NCBI RefSeq assembly: GCF_009914755.1 | Contig: NC_060937.1 | DNA from: the human T2T-CHM13v2.0 reference genome, Homo sapiens | Reading direction: 5' to 3' (one strand) | Length of the DNA stretch: 64,000 nt | Shown here: positions 15,101 through 27,245 of the stretch, piece by piece | How the letters are laid out: each line of letters begins with the position of its first letter | Numbering within the stretch: position 1 is the first letter of the stretch | Made by a program: the position numbers and the translations under genes | Notes under the pieces: generated by a model | Told to the model about the DNA's origin: nothing | Databases searched by the model: none | The model's input: only the letters and a program-made list of their open reading frames with translations

Positions 15101-15197
15101 GGGGTTCCGTGATATTTGTCCTGCTTTGCCCATGACTCAGGAGTTTCCTGGGCTGCAGGATTTTCAGTGCTAAAGCCAGAACGGTTGCTTCCCCTAG
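15101..15197. mobile_element. MER81-like hAT MITE
   Basis: gtcctgctttgccca...tttcagtgctaaagccag..cccta resembles the recalled MER81 consensus. Confidence 0.6.
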
Positions 15198-15424
15198 TAG
15201 GGACATGGACAGCTCTCCAGGAGAGGACTCTGAGCTCCATGACTTCTGGACTCTAGACAGTTCAGAGTTCCTCCCCCAGCCTCAACTGTAGAGGACAATT
15301 CAGAGCACAGTCCCTGTTGAATTGTCCAGTGATTGTTCTTTCAAAGAAAGATTACCCCACAGCAGACAGAGTTACATTTGAGAAACTGTTGGAAATATTA
15401 CACACAGCCAGATTCAGTTCAGCT

Positions 15425-15940
15425 CATTCAGTTTCACTCAATGTATCAAGCCTACATGACATTTCTATAAACACATGGCACTGAATTAGAGGCTGGGGAT
15501 ACGAAGATGGACAAAGCATAGTCCTGCTCACTAGGGGCTCTGAGTCTAATGGGAAAGATGAAAATGTAAACAAAGGAGCACTTTTCAGTATGAGGGATGC
15601 TGTAATAGAAGTGGTAGACAAGGTGTGGGGAATGAACATTAATAAGGAAGTTAATTACCTGAGGTCAAGAAAGGCATTACAGAAAATTGATGCTTCAGTG
15701 GAGAGTTTGAAAATGAATTGGTGCTTGCCCACTGGACAGAGAGGAAGAGCACTTCTGGCAAAGCTAAGAACACAGAACAAAAGCACAGAGACAAAAAATG
15801 ATCTGGTCAAGCAGAAACTTTCTGGTATATTTAGGGAACAACAGGTATGGTCTGAATACAGAGTTTGAGATAGAAAGAATGGTAGGAGAGGAGGATGGAG
15901 GCAAGGGGCATGAGAGAGAGGTTGTGAATGGCATTGTATG
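15425..15940 (-). mobile_element. L2 fragment
   Basis: ggcactgaattagaggctggggatac..agtcctgct..gagtctaatggg. Confidence 0.65.
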
Positions 15941-15944
15941 AAAT

Positions 15945-16390
15945 TGTAGAAATAGCCGTTGGCCACCTACCCAACACTTTTTCCCACTTTGTTAATTCTG
16001 TTCACGTGATCCACCCCCACACAGTTGTAGACTTCTTTAAGCCAGTCACAGTGATCTAATTTCTCTTGTCAGTGGCTTGTTTTAAGATTTGTGCAGAGGC
16101 AAAAGAGATGCAAAGAGATGTGTGTGTGTTGAGAGTCCTGTAGGAAAAGATGCTCTACTCTCCTGCTAGAAGTTGTCATGTTTGCATCTGAGGCAGCCAT
16201 CTTGTGACCATGAGGATGGCTGGCTTGAAGACAAGCTGACTTGCTGAGAGTGATAGAGCAGAAAGATGAAAAGCTGCTGGGGCCTTGGAGTCACTTTCCC
16301 TTAGGACAGTTTGTTATGTGAAATAAAACGTTTCCTCATTGTTTCATCATTTTGAATAGAGATTTCTGTTAAAGAAGGTTGAAAACACTT
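15945..16390 (+). mobile_element. MLT1J/K-like LTR
   Basis: ggcagccatcttgtgaccatgagg; gagcagaaagatg; ttgttatgtgaaataaa. Confidence 0.65.
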
Positions 16391-16531
16391 AATTAGATGG
16401 CATGATGTGTTGCAAAGTTGAGACTTTAGGTGACAGGAGAAAAGGAGTAATGTTGCATGAGTTTTGTTATAGGACATTCACTCTTATTTGTTGTAGCCAT
16501 GTTTCTTGCATTTAAATTTTAGATGCAGAAA

Positions 16532-16830
16532 CTCATTCATTCATTCATTCACCTGGACTTTTTTTGAACTTTATATTAAGCACCATCTTAGATGCTGAAG
16601 ATTCACTGTCAAATAAGATAGGATATCTCTTCTTAGGGGACTTGCAGTTTCTTAGCGGAGAGAGGTAAGTAAATCAATTTCACTGTGGTAGGTGAAGCTG
16701 TGGCAGGTGCTTTGATAAAGTTACCCCCAGGGTACTGTAGTCATGCTATAGGGGCTCCTAAGTCAGTTGTATAAATTGTGGAACATTTATCAAGGAGGTG
16801 TGATTGGACTGGACCAGTTGAAGACTCCTA
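16532..16830 (-). mobile_element. L2 3' fragment
   Basis: (cattc)n terminus followed by aagcaccatcttagatgctg. Confidence 0.6.
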
Positions 16831-17729
16831 AAGCAGTAGTTAGTCATCTGAAGAACTCTCTCTGGGCCTGTGCACCCTCCCATCCTTGACTTACTTGTTT
16901 CCACCGTGGTTCCTCTGACTTTAACTCATTTCTGGATGCTGGAGACCTGTTTCGGTGCTGATCCTGTCTCAGCTCTGCTAGATTTAGTTTCTTGCTTTGG
17001 TCTCTTGGATTGACTAGTTCATCTATTCTGACTTGCCTTTTCATTGGTTCTAGCTTCTGGAATCTTTCTGGGCAGGTGTTCATCTAGTTTTGATTTCACA
17101 GATTTGGGCTTTTTGCTGTCTATTTTTAGACATATTTATTCAGGAATTACCTGCTGAACACTTCTAGCTTGTCTGGGTTCTCCACACCTTGCCTTTCAAT
17201 GGTCTATACATGGCATTAGTTGTCAGGGCACATAGGTTCAGTGTACTAATAATGAGTGTGGGTCACAGTCATATAGTCGTTTTGGGATTGATGTAGAGGG
17301 TCAGATTGGTTCAGAGAACTTTGGAGTAGGTAAAAATTAAACAGAAAATAATTGCCATCTTCCTTCTTGGCATCTTTGTTTTTAGGGGGTTTTGGGGGTC
17401 TCAAGACTTTTCAAACATCCAAAGAAGCTATATATGCATAACAGGATAACTTCCCATTTACTACAATTGTTTGCATTATGAATGATGTTGTTTAGTGTGG
17501 GGACAGTATTAACGACCTTTTAACATTATGTAAAAAGCCTTTTTCTAGAAGGTAAAAGCTAAAGAATTGTCTGGGGCTTATGCAGCCTTCCTGAGAATTG
17601 ATTATGTGAAGTATCCCCTGAGGGGTAAGGAATGTGAGAAGGTAGGTGGCTTTTCTGAGGGCCCCTTACAGTTTTAACATAGCTTAATGTTTACCCTCTA
17701 GGATCACAGAGCTTGGAATTCAGTAGGTA

Positions 17730-18044
17730 GCGCCAGGTTTGGTGGCTTATGCCTGTAATCCCAGCACTTTGGGAGGCTGAGGCAGGAAGATTGCCTGAGG
17801 CCAGGAGTTTAAGACCAGCCTGGGCAACATAGCGAGACCCCATCTCTTAAAAAAAAATTAGCCAGGTATGGTGGCACACACTTGTAGTCTCAGCTACTTG
17901 GGAGGCAAGAGGATCTACCTGAGGCAAGAGGATCTCTTGGGACCAGGAGCTCAAGGCTTCAGGGAGCTATGATCATGCCACTGCACTCTAGCACTCCAGC
18001 CTGGGTGACAGAGTGAGGCTCTGTCTTTAAGAAAAGAAAGAAAG
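17730..18044 (+). mobile_element. AluJ with small internal duplications
   Basis: Dimeric Alu; TSD tcagtaggtag (17720-17730 / 18045-18055). Confidence 0.93.
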
Positions 18045-19489
18045 TCAGTAGGTAGAAAGGTTTAAGGAAAAAGAAGACATAAGAGGTGCATAATATGTGT
18101 TTACTACTTTTTAAAAATTAGAGATGCCAAATATTAAGCTTCTTTCAATTACTATATATATTTTCATAAAGAATAACTCTACTGAACTTATGAAAACAAT
18201 ATAGCTCATTATAAAGAAGTCAAACAGCAAAGAAAGGTACAAAGAAGAAAGCAAAAAAGTCACTCCGTATCCCACTATACAAAAATAACTATCATTAACA
18301 AAGGGCAATATCATCCTATGTATCTCTCTCTATAGAAATAAAGACAGGAAAAAAAATACAGAAAAACTGAATTTGGAATATTCTGTAACACAATTTAAAA
18401 TAAAAAAATTAACTGTACTTAATTTAAAAAATCCTAAAAAGTGAAATAAAGCAAATTATTCATTTTAAGTACAAGAAACATTAATTCCCAAAATATTTTC
18501 TAAAGTTTAAAAAATAAGGTATAAAAGAATATTAAAAGATTGGTGTCATTATACTCTTTAACTTCATGCACCAAGTGTAGGCAGTATTTATTAAATATTA
18601 AGAAAAACTGGGAAAACTGCTATATTACTATTTTTATGCGATTCACCTCTATATAACATTTATTTGGTGTTTATAACCATTACAAAGTATTATGACAATT
18701 ATTTTGCCTTGTTTTATATGTAAATGAATTCAGTGCTCATAACTAGCCCTTTTCCCATGGCCTCTCTATTTTTGAGATTTTCATTTGATCAGCATAATCA
18801 TGATTGCATTTCTTTAATGAGTAGGTTGCTCCCTCAAAGAATGGCTGTGATTCTTTGTTTGCTTCTTTCCCTCAGAACTCTGGAGACTTTGCTTGCAGAG
18901 AGTCTCTTGAAGAGTCTGGAGACTCTTCATCTGCATTCCTTCTTCATTTTTGAAGTAGCTGTACCTCAGCTTTGAAAATTGCTAATGATTAATATTTATC
19001 TTATGAACTATTAATCATATAGAACCTACCTGATGTTAGTGGGTATCAGGCTACCTACCAGGTAGAAGTATTAGGTAGACTGGCGACTGATTTGGAGCAG
19101 TCATCAATTGTTAGTTCTCTTGCCTGGGTGGTGTGGGAGGATCCCCACTCAACTCAGTTCTAGGAGCAGATGTTACTCACTCAAAAGTCCCACGTCACAG
19201 TCTCAGCGTATTGAAATCTGACTGTTACTGCCTTCTCTCCCTTCTGTACCCAGCTTTCCATCTGTTAGTCTCTCTTAGGTAGGATGAGAAGTCCCACTCA
19301 ACATGATTTCTCCTGGCTCCACTTGTAACTCTGCAAGGTCAATCCACACCTCTAAAGGGCTGTTTGCTTCTTGTGGTTTACCACATCTATCCATCTTATG
19401 CTTGAAAACATAGTTGTATTTGGCTTGGCCTCTATGATGGACCTGCACAATATTTCAACAAACAGATGATTGCCTTATTTTCTAATGGT

Positions 19490-19715
19490 TAAGAATCAGG
19501 AGATATTGCACACAAAAATATGAGTTTCTGGCTTCTCTTGAAATATCAATGACTTGATGATACTGGGACCACATTCCTACAGCCATCTAGAGGTAGGATG
19601 CCCTGTTCTGAAATGCCACAGTCCCCACATTCCCTGTTTCTCTTTGACATAGCCTGTGTCAGCCACTTACGTTAAATGCCTGGCAGCTGTAAGATTTGAA
19701 TGTGTAACCACTTTT
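19490..19715. mobile_element. MER102-like hAT-Charlie fragment
   Basis: gcttctcttgaaa..actgggaccacattcc..gccacagtccccac..cctggcagctgtaag. Confidence 0.6.
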
Positions 19716-19784
19716 TAAGCAAAACATCTTGCAATTGAACTTTTTAGGTATAGGGTGATAGCTTATTGGATAAACCTTTTGAGT

Positions 19785-20420
19785 GATTATTTATGGAGCA
19801 CCTGTTTGGTATCTGGCACTGTGTCAGATGCTAGAGATATAAGATAACAAGATGTAGTTGCTGCTGCTAAGGAGTTCCATCTAGTTTGGGAAATAAACAG
19901 CCAACAGATAGAAATCGTATCTTTTGACATGTGCCTCTGATACGTATATAAACAATAAGAGATAGCATCTGTCAAGGAGTTTATGAAAAATACAATTAGT
20001 CCTAAAGCATGTTTTAGGAAGAAAAGAGTGATCCCATCTTGGGGCCTTCAAGGCAAAGTATTTGAGCTTGTTCTTAACGGCTTTGCAAGATTTTAATTGG
20101 CAGGGGGGTGAAAATTGAATAGCCCAGAGGAGACAAGGCTGTAAGCAAACCAGAGCACAGAAATGAACAAGAAACGAGATAACCCGGGCACTGCAAGTCA
20201 TGCTGCTAGCGGGAACTGAGGCTTCATTTTTGGCAGTTGGGAAAGATATGGCTTAGAAAGGTAAGTTAGGGTGAGATGGGCAATGCTAAGATTTGAGTTT
20301 TATCCTTCGTACAGTGAGAAGTGACCTCAGGATGCAATGAGTGGAATGACATGATCAAAGAAAGGTTTTGGTGGATTAGATATTCTACTCAAGCAGGATG
20401 AATTAAAAGGAGAGAAATGC
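19785..20420 (-). mobile_element. L2 fragment
   Basis: atttatggagcacc..ggcactgtgtcagatgctagagata..aaggagttccatctag; gaatgacatgatca. Confidence 0.65.
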
Positions 20421-20479
20421 AAAGAAACTAAAATTTATGGACTACTTGTTATATACAAAGCACTGTGATGTTAAAAAAA

Positions 20480-20880
20480 AAAACCTGGATGCTTATGGGA
20501 TTTTCTCCCCTAATACCTGAATTTTAAGGAATGCAAACAAGATATGTCTTGATGTGTGTATCGATGTATTCATTGTATGATACTTGGTGAACCCTTTCAA
20601 ACTGAAGACTCTTGTCTTTTTTAGTCCAGGAATGACTTTATTTCTTTGATTATTGATCTTTTGAATACTTTGATCTCTCTTTCTGGAATTCTTGTTACAC
20701 ATAAGTACTAGATCTTCTGGATCATTCCCCCTGTGTTTCTCATTTATTTAATACTTTATCACCTTTATCTCTTACACTCTAAGTTATGGGGAAATTTCTT
20801 GAACTTGTGCTGTAATTAAATATTCAGTTTTAATACATAATCCATTTGCTATGCACTGCACTTATTGCATTCTAAAAGTT
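20480..20880 (-). mobile_element. Decayed L1M ORF1 fragment
   Basis: ORF 20493-20702 contains 'HTSRHILFAF', resembling the L1 ORF1p 'TPRHIIVKF' motif; T-rich antisense L1 texture. Confidence 0.55.
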
Positions 20881-20989
20881 ATCTGTCTTTTTAAACCAGT
20901 AATAAATATTTTCTGATGTCAAAAAATAAAATGGCATTATAAATGATATTTTAAAAAATGCTCTATGAAGTTATCTCACTGAAATCCTC

Positions 20990-21150
20990 AGGAATGTACC
21001 TATAGGAGGCATTTTTATTTCTATTTTAAAGAAAAAAACTAAGGTTCAAAAAGTTTATGAGTCTTTCCCAAAGTCTCAAATCTAGTATGTGAAAGTGCCT
21101 GGAATAGCTTTCCTGACTGTCTGACTTCAAAAACCTTGGTTTGACCACTT
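20990..21150 (-). mobile_element. MIR fragment
   Basis: aaactaaggttca..cccaaagtc..ctgtctgacttcaaa. Confidence 0.6.
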
Positions 21151-21651
21151 CGTCTATATCATGAGGAAGGACTGGCATCACAGAGAGCTCATAATAATTA
21201 TTATGCTTATATCACATGTGCCAAGATACTAAAGAGATAAAAATGCGCAATTTATTCAGAGTCCAATCTCTATCCTTCTGGCCTTCTGAATTTTGGAGAG
21301 AATTTGATAGGGGTGGAGAAGGCTCTAAAGCATATCCTTTAATCCTCAACTGATCTATTAGCTCCCGACCAGAACAGCTGGAACAAAGACTCTGAAAAAG
21401 AATATTTTACTAGTAAATTTTTATATTTTATTTCTTCCTATCCAAAGAGAGTCTTTTAAGCTCTCAAGGGAAGGGAGAAAAGGTGGGCAAGTCATGACGA
21501 GGGTAATGAGACTCTCCTGCTCCAAATTATTCAGAACACTTTAGCCACCTGCTTTGCCCAGAATCACCATGCCGGCAGAGACCAGTAGAGAACAAAGCAA
21601 TGGTTTTTGGAGTAGTCTGGCACAGTGGGTTTTCTTCTCACCTCCCTGCAG

Positions 21652-21682
21652 GTGTGTGTGTGTGTGTGTTTGTGTGTGTGTG
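21652..21682. repeat. (TG)n microsatellite
   Basis: Directly visible. Confidence 0.9.
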
Positions 21683-22449
21683 CATATACTAGTGCCACAC
21701 TGACACAGCTGTTAGAATAAGCTCAAAGTTTTCTTATGTTAATCTCCAGGATTTTTTTCTCTCTAGTTCCAGGTAAGCTTTCCTAACCTTTTCTTAAGTA
21801 ATATATATATATAAAATCTGGAGATAGAAATATTCACTTAAGTGATTTAGAAATACTTTTAAACAGTTTCATAGAAAAACCGTGAGAAAGAGAATTTAAA
21901 AAGCTAGCTCAAATTTCTCTTTTAGAAAGAGAATTTTGATTTGATTTTTTACAAGGTTTATGTATCTAGGAAGGAGAGAGGAAAAAGCCCTAGAGGGTAT
22001 GCTAGCTAGTAAATTGTGGCACAGGTCTAGGATTTCCCTGGTTCCACTTATGCACAACCCCCATTCCACTTCTTCGGAGGCTCCTGTTCGGCTAGAGGCA
22101 GACCTGGGTCACCAGCAGCCTCAGGAGCCATTTCCTATTCCTTTGTGTTTCACCTTATTTAGTGCAAAGAAAAAGGCCACAGCAACAATGTATGGGAGGT
22201 AAGGCTGAAGACGTCTTTCCAGCTTCTTCTTCAGTGTACCTGGACTTGTCAACATCTAGCTTTGCTATGGAAGAACAATTCGTTGAGACTATTGCATCAA
22301 ATAGTATTGAACATTCATCAGTCACAATAATGATGATTAAGGCTCAATGTGAATGACAGCTGGGGGCTCTTGGTTTCCACTATGTGTGACAGCAATCTGA
22401 CAAAATCCTGAAACAGCCTTAGGGATAATGGTTGGACCAGAGTGTGGCA

Positions 22450-22815
22450 TCTTCCAACTACATCCAGGGTGTTAAGTTTGGTTTTGAATGCCACACTGTG
22501 GAAGTGACAGGAACACATTTGAGCACATTCAGAGGAGGGCAATGAAAACTAGACAGGAAGTGCCCAGATACCGGAGGCACTGCAGATGCTTCATCTACAG
22601 GAAAGAGCCTGAAGAGGCACATTGACACCCAGGGTAGACTGGTTGTGTGCTGTTTCAGGCAAAGATAAATGCATTCTAGAAATGAGTTCTATGGAAGGAA
22701 TAACTTTTCTAACAACGACAAAATGGGCTACTGTAAACGTAGTGAGCTCCCTAACATCAGAAATGCTCAAATGTATGCACCAGATGACCTACATCACAGA
22801 TTCTGTGATCTTCTG
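22450..22815 (+). mobile_element. L3/CR1 LINE fragment
   Basis: gagcacattcagaggagggca; aacttttctaaca; gtagtgagctccc..cagaaatgctcaaa resemble the L3 3' consensus. Confidence 0.65.
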
Positions 22816-23248
22816 ATTTACTGGAGTCTTGCAAGTGACTTATTTAAACAAGTCCATGTATAGCTGCCAGCTGTGGTTGATGCCTCTTTCCTTTCCTAAC
22901 AGTCTCTTCAACTCAATCTAAGCTGGCTTCCATTCCAGCAACCTCATGGAGATTGCTTCTGTCAAGGCGACCAGCAACTCTCAGTCACCAAACCCCAATC
23001 TTCTCTGTCTCTAACCTATTTAACTTTTTCAGAAGCATTTAGCACAATGGCAACTCCTACTTTCTGGAAATAGATTCTCCTGCTGGCTGCCATGACCTCA
23101 TATTCACCCAGTGGTTTCCTTCCTACCTCACTGACATTCCTATCAGTCTCGTTTGCTAATTATTCATCTTCTCCTCAACATCTAAATGTTGACATGCCCC
23201 AGGGCTCCCCTTAGAATTCTCTTTTCTTCTCTGTTTGTGTTGACTCTA

Positions 23249-23682
23249 TGTGGTGGCTTTAAAACATGTGTGCAAACTCCTTGACACTCCTCTCATCCAG
23301 AGGTGAGATCTATGTCTTCTCCCCTTGAATTTGGGTTGAACATAGTAATTCATTTGTAATCATTAGAATGCAGCAGGAGAGATAATTTGTAACACCAAGG
23401 GCTAGGTCCTAAAAGACCATGAAGTGTCCACCGGGTTCCTTGGGACATTAGTCTTAGGAATCCTGAGCTTCCGGCACTGAGGTGGTCACAGTGACAGGAA
23501 GCCCAAGCCTTTCAGGGGGCCATGTGTAGTGCTCCAGCTGAGGACTCAGGCATCACGGAGCAGAGACAAACCTTCCCTGTTGTGTTCTGCCAAAGTTTTG
23601 ACCCACCATGAGCATAGCAAAATGGTTGCTTTAGGTCACTAAATTTTGGGGTGGCTTGTTATGCAGCAACAGAACTGATACA
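23249..23682 (+). mobile_element. MLT1G/H-like LTR
   Basis: TG start tgtggtggctttaaaacatg; end ttgttatgcagcaacagaactgataca. Confidence 0.75.
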
Positions 23683-24157
23683 TTCCCTAAGGGGGCTCAT
23701 GCTGTAGCATGACTTTAAGTACCGCCTATAAAAGCTTATGAGTTCCAAACCCACTTTCCAGCCCTGATCTCTTCCCTGAACTCCAGACTCTTAAATCCAA
23801 TTATCCACATGTTTACTTGATCTCTCCATATGGGTATTTAGTAAGCATTATCTGAAATGCAATATGACTAAAACAGAAAGCTCAACATTAACCTTTGTCC
23901 CTTGAGCTTATTTCTTCTCTCTCCCCCATTTCTGTATACATCTAGTTTTTCAAGTCAAAACTGTTAGTCTTATTTCTGCCTTTTACCCCTAAAATCATCA
24001 AAGTATACCTAGAATCTGTCCCGTTCTTTCCATCTCATCTGCTTCTGTCCTAATCCAAGTTATCATAATCTCTCTTCTCATCTACTGTCATATCCACTGA
24101 ACCAGTTTTCTTTCTTTCACTCTGGCTCTCTAAAATTCCATTTTCTACACAGTAGCC

Positions 24158-24674
24158 TATATTAGTTATTTATTACTGTGTAGCAAATTACCCCCAAATG
24201 CAGTAACTCAAAACAGTAATATTGATTATCTCACAGTTACTGTGGGTAAGAAGTCTGGGTACAGCTTATCTGGGTTCTCTGGCAATGATCTCAAAGCTTG
24301 ACTGGGAGGGAGCTGCCTCTTAGCTCACCCATGTGATTGTTGGCAGGATTCAGTTTTACCAAGAGCCCAGCTTCCTCATGGACTGTTGGCTGGAATCCTC
24401 CTGCGGTTCCCTTGTCAGGTGGGACTCTCCCTCAGGCAGCTTACAACATGGCAGTTGGCTTCATTAAGGTGAGGGAGAGGGAAAGAGAAGGAGGACTGGC
24501 AAGTCATAGCGTTTTGTAACCTAATCATGGAAGTGACATCCCATCACTACTGCCATGTTCTGTTAGAAGCAAGTCCCTCAGTCTGGCCCACTCTCAAGGG
24601 GAGGGGTTCATACAAGAGTGTGCATACCAGAAGGTGGGAATCACTGAGGGCCATGTCAGAAGCTGCCTACCACA
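24158..24674 (-). mobile_element. MLT1F-like LTR
   Basis: tattagttatttattactgtgtagcaaattacc...gctgcctaccaca; 4/5 TSD tagcc/tggcc. Confidence 0.8.
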
Positions 24675-25379
24675 TGGCCCCAGCGTGATCTTTTAAAATC
24701 ATAAATCACCCCTCCTTAAATCATATCACACCCCTTCTTAAAACTTCCAATAGCTTTTGCTACATTTTAGAATGAAATCCAATATCTCATTGTTTTGCAG
24801 AGCCCCACATGTGTAGCCTGCTTTTCTCACCTCTAATGTTACGATGCTTTATTTAATCAGTTTCACTCCAGCCTTCCTGTTTTTCTTTCTGTTCCTTGAA
24901 TTCTCCAAGTATGCTCCTTCCTTGGGGCTGTACATTAGGTGTTCCACCTTTTTGGATCACTTTCCCCTGTTTATATAGAGATAGCTGGGTTTTCTCATAC
25001 AGGTCTCCACTTCAATGTCACTTCCTCAGAGAGACATCCCTGGCTGCTCAGCTTAAGGTGGATCTCTAGCCTCTGTCACATTAACCTCTTTCATTCTCTG
25101 CATTGCTCTTATTCCTATTTATATTATTCTTATTCCTATATTCATTAATTTACTTACCATCAGTCTCTTTCCTCCCTTCTCTCCCACAAGTAGAATGAAT
25201 TTAATGGGTTGACCAGTTCCAACTTTGGGTCATTCACTCTACACCTTTAGTAATATCAGTCTCTATTAATAGAATTGCCAGGGACTTTCTGGCAATTTTC
25301 ATTACTACACAATTTTCATTTCTATACAATTTTCTGTACCACTATTACAAAATTTTCATTACTAAGTTTATAACAATAG

Positions 25380-25590
25380 CTGACAGTTATATGATACTTA
25401 TAAGGTGGCAAATACTGTTTCAAATGCTCATTTAATCATCACAACATCCACATTCTACAGATAAAGAAAGCCAGGCACAGAGAGGGTAAGTAAGTTGCCC
25501 AAGATCACATAGGTAGTAAGTAGGATGGCTGGAATATGACCTCAGGATCTAACTTTGCAGTTCTTGCTCTTAATGAGCACACTTTCCTCC
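25380..25590 (-). mobile_element. MIR
   Basis: ggcacagagagggtaagtaagttgcccaagatcaca. Confidence 0.8.
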
Positions 25591-26399
25591 CATTCGTGAC
25601 ATGTACAATTCTGCAACATCCCTCCATCATTACTCAACACAGGAATAGGCAGGTTGCCAAATTCATGCAATTCCCACTAGTCACTGGAAGGCATTTCCCC
25701 CCCAAAGTATGCAGAACCTGTAGTTTTTAAATTTGTTTATTGTCTTAACTATATTTCTACCATTTTAGTGCCTGTGTTTCAACTATCTGGGATAGGGAGA
25801 GGAGAAATGTTGAAACGTAAAGAGATACATTCTCCAAAGTGCTCTTTGAAGCCATCGTTTTACCCAGGGAACAGATTATGTTTCTAAATATCTCTCAGAT
25901 CTGCCCCGGCCTGGAATCGCAAGAGGGCTTTCAGAAGTTTTTCTAGCTTTTTGGCAGGAAGAGAACAACTGCTAGCTTGGTTATGACCTAAAAAAATACT
26001 CCCTTGCTCTAAAGATGTTATTGACTCAATGATATTCTCTGTGTTACACCATCAAACACCCCCCTTGGCTGTTAACAGTACAGAGTTTTACTGTGTAATT
26101 GCTTCATTTTCCATCCATGTGGAGCTACCCGTACGGTTCCACTATCCCATCTAGTCCCCCTGCAAACTTCTCTCCACGCACATTTTGAAATTTAGCTGGT
26201 AATTTTCCAGCAAAGAAATTTCTCCTGCCCAGATAATGATGATCACATGGCAGACAACAGGGGCAGGCCAGTTGCCAAGCACCGAGACGGAATAAACATC
26301 ACCCAGTTTCCTTTTCCCTCCCTCTTGAGAAGGAACGGTGATGTCTTGAGAGTCAGAAAGAAAACAGTGACCAAATATACATGATTTACTGAAAAATAT

Positions 26400-26960
26400 G
26401 CAGGGCTTTGTTGGGAGGTCTGTCAGGGATGTTGTCTCCTCAGGGAGCCCGCCTCTTCCCACTGCTGCGCGCAGACGGCCTGCACGCGGACGCCATTTTC
26501 TTTGGTACACGCTGTCTCTGGGTAGAAAGGCTATTTTTTGTTTAAGCTGAATATTCACCTGAACAAATAGCAGATGTTGATGAATATTAATTTGTGCTTA
26601 GATTAATGCTTCAAAGTGTCAATTTAATTTCTGTTTTACTATTCAGGCCCTGATTGCAATGAGCTACTTCAGGATGTGGGGGAGCATACACCTGGCTGGG
26701 GGCGGGGCTGGAGGTCTTCAGGGAGTGGAGCCGGGTCTTCGGGCTTTTATCTCTGCAGTGGGACAATGCAGAGATAAAATTGTCTCCAGTGGAGTCCAGA
26801 TTCCCCCTGGAAGTCCCCCAGCTGTGCACTGGCACAGTGGAGAGCTGGCAGCTCCTGAGAGACAGAGAGAGAGAGAGAGAGGGGAGAGACAGCAAGAGAG
26901 CGAGAGCTGAGCAAGTGCTTAAGCTGGGCTCCAGGCTCCAAGTGGGACAGGCTGCTGGGA
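26400..26960. promoter_or_regulatory. CpG-retaining GC-rich patch with YY1 and Sp/KLF motifs (candidate enhancer or weak promoter)
   Basis: Local CpG cluster at 26447-26512, cgccattttc (YY1, 26491-26500), ggggcggggc (26699-26708), GA repeat at ~26857-26905. Confidence 0.45.
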
Positions 26961-27089
26961 TTGCTGGGATGATCCCCTCGTGGTCTCCTTTTAACATATC
27001 TGAGTCCATTTCTCTTGCTGACTTTTTAGGTTCCTGAGAAGTTTAATTCTAATTTGTATCCTCCTAAACCCACATGGTGAGGGGAACAC

Positions 27090-27245
27090 AGCATGAATTT
27101 GAACTCAGGCATTTTAGAGTTTAAATGCTTCGCTTTCCTGAGTCTCAGTTTCCTCCCTCGTAATACAGAGTTAGTGAGGGGACCAAGTGGTACCTGTGTT
27201 CCATGCTTATGAAGGGCCTGGCACCAAGTGGCACTCCGTAAATTA
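27090..27245 (+). mobile_element. MIR fragment
   Basis: ctgagtctcagtttcctc..gggcctggcac. Confidence 0.55.

Larger units (their letters stand above)
22880..25200 (+). mobile_element. L2 element interrupted by two MLT1 LTRs
   Basis: tccttcctacctcactgac; cctgaactccagactc; ttttctacacagtagcc|...gtgatcttttaaaa; aatgtcacttcctcagagag. Confidence 0.75.

Noticed and set aside
16844-17083. 79-aa charged, protein-like minus-strand ORF
   Set aside because: Short, no recognisable domain, no poly-A/TSD or clear splice signals; purine-rich strand bias explains the composition.
19021-19080. Short ctacc/ggtag and cctgat/atcagg inverted motifs
   Set aside because: Arms of only 5-6 bp; expected by chance.
26151-27037. 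132-135 aa ORFs over the GC-rich patch
   Set aside because: Low-complexity, no family motif; locally high GC reduces stop-codon frequency.
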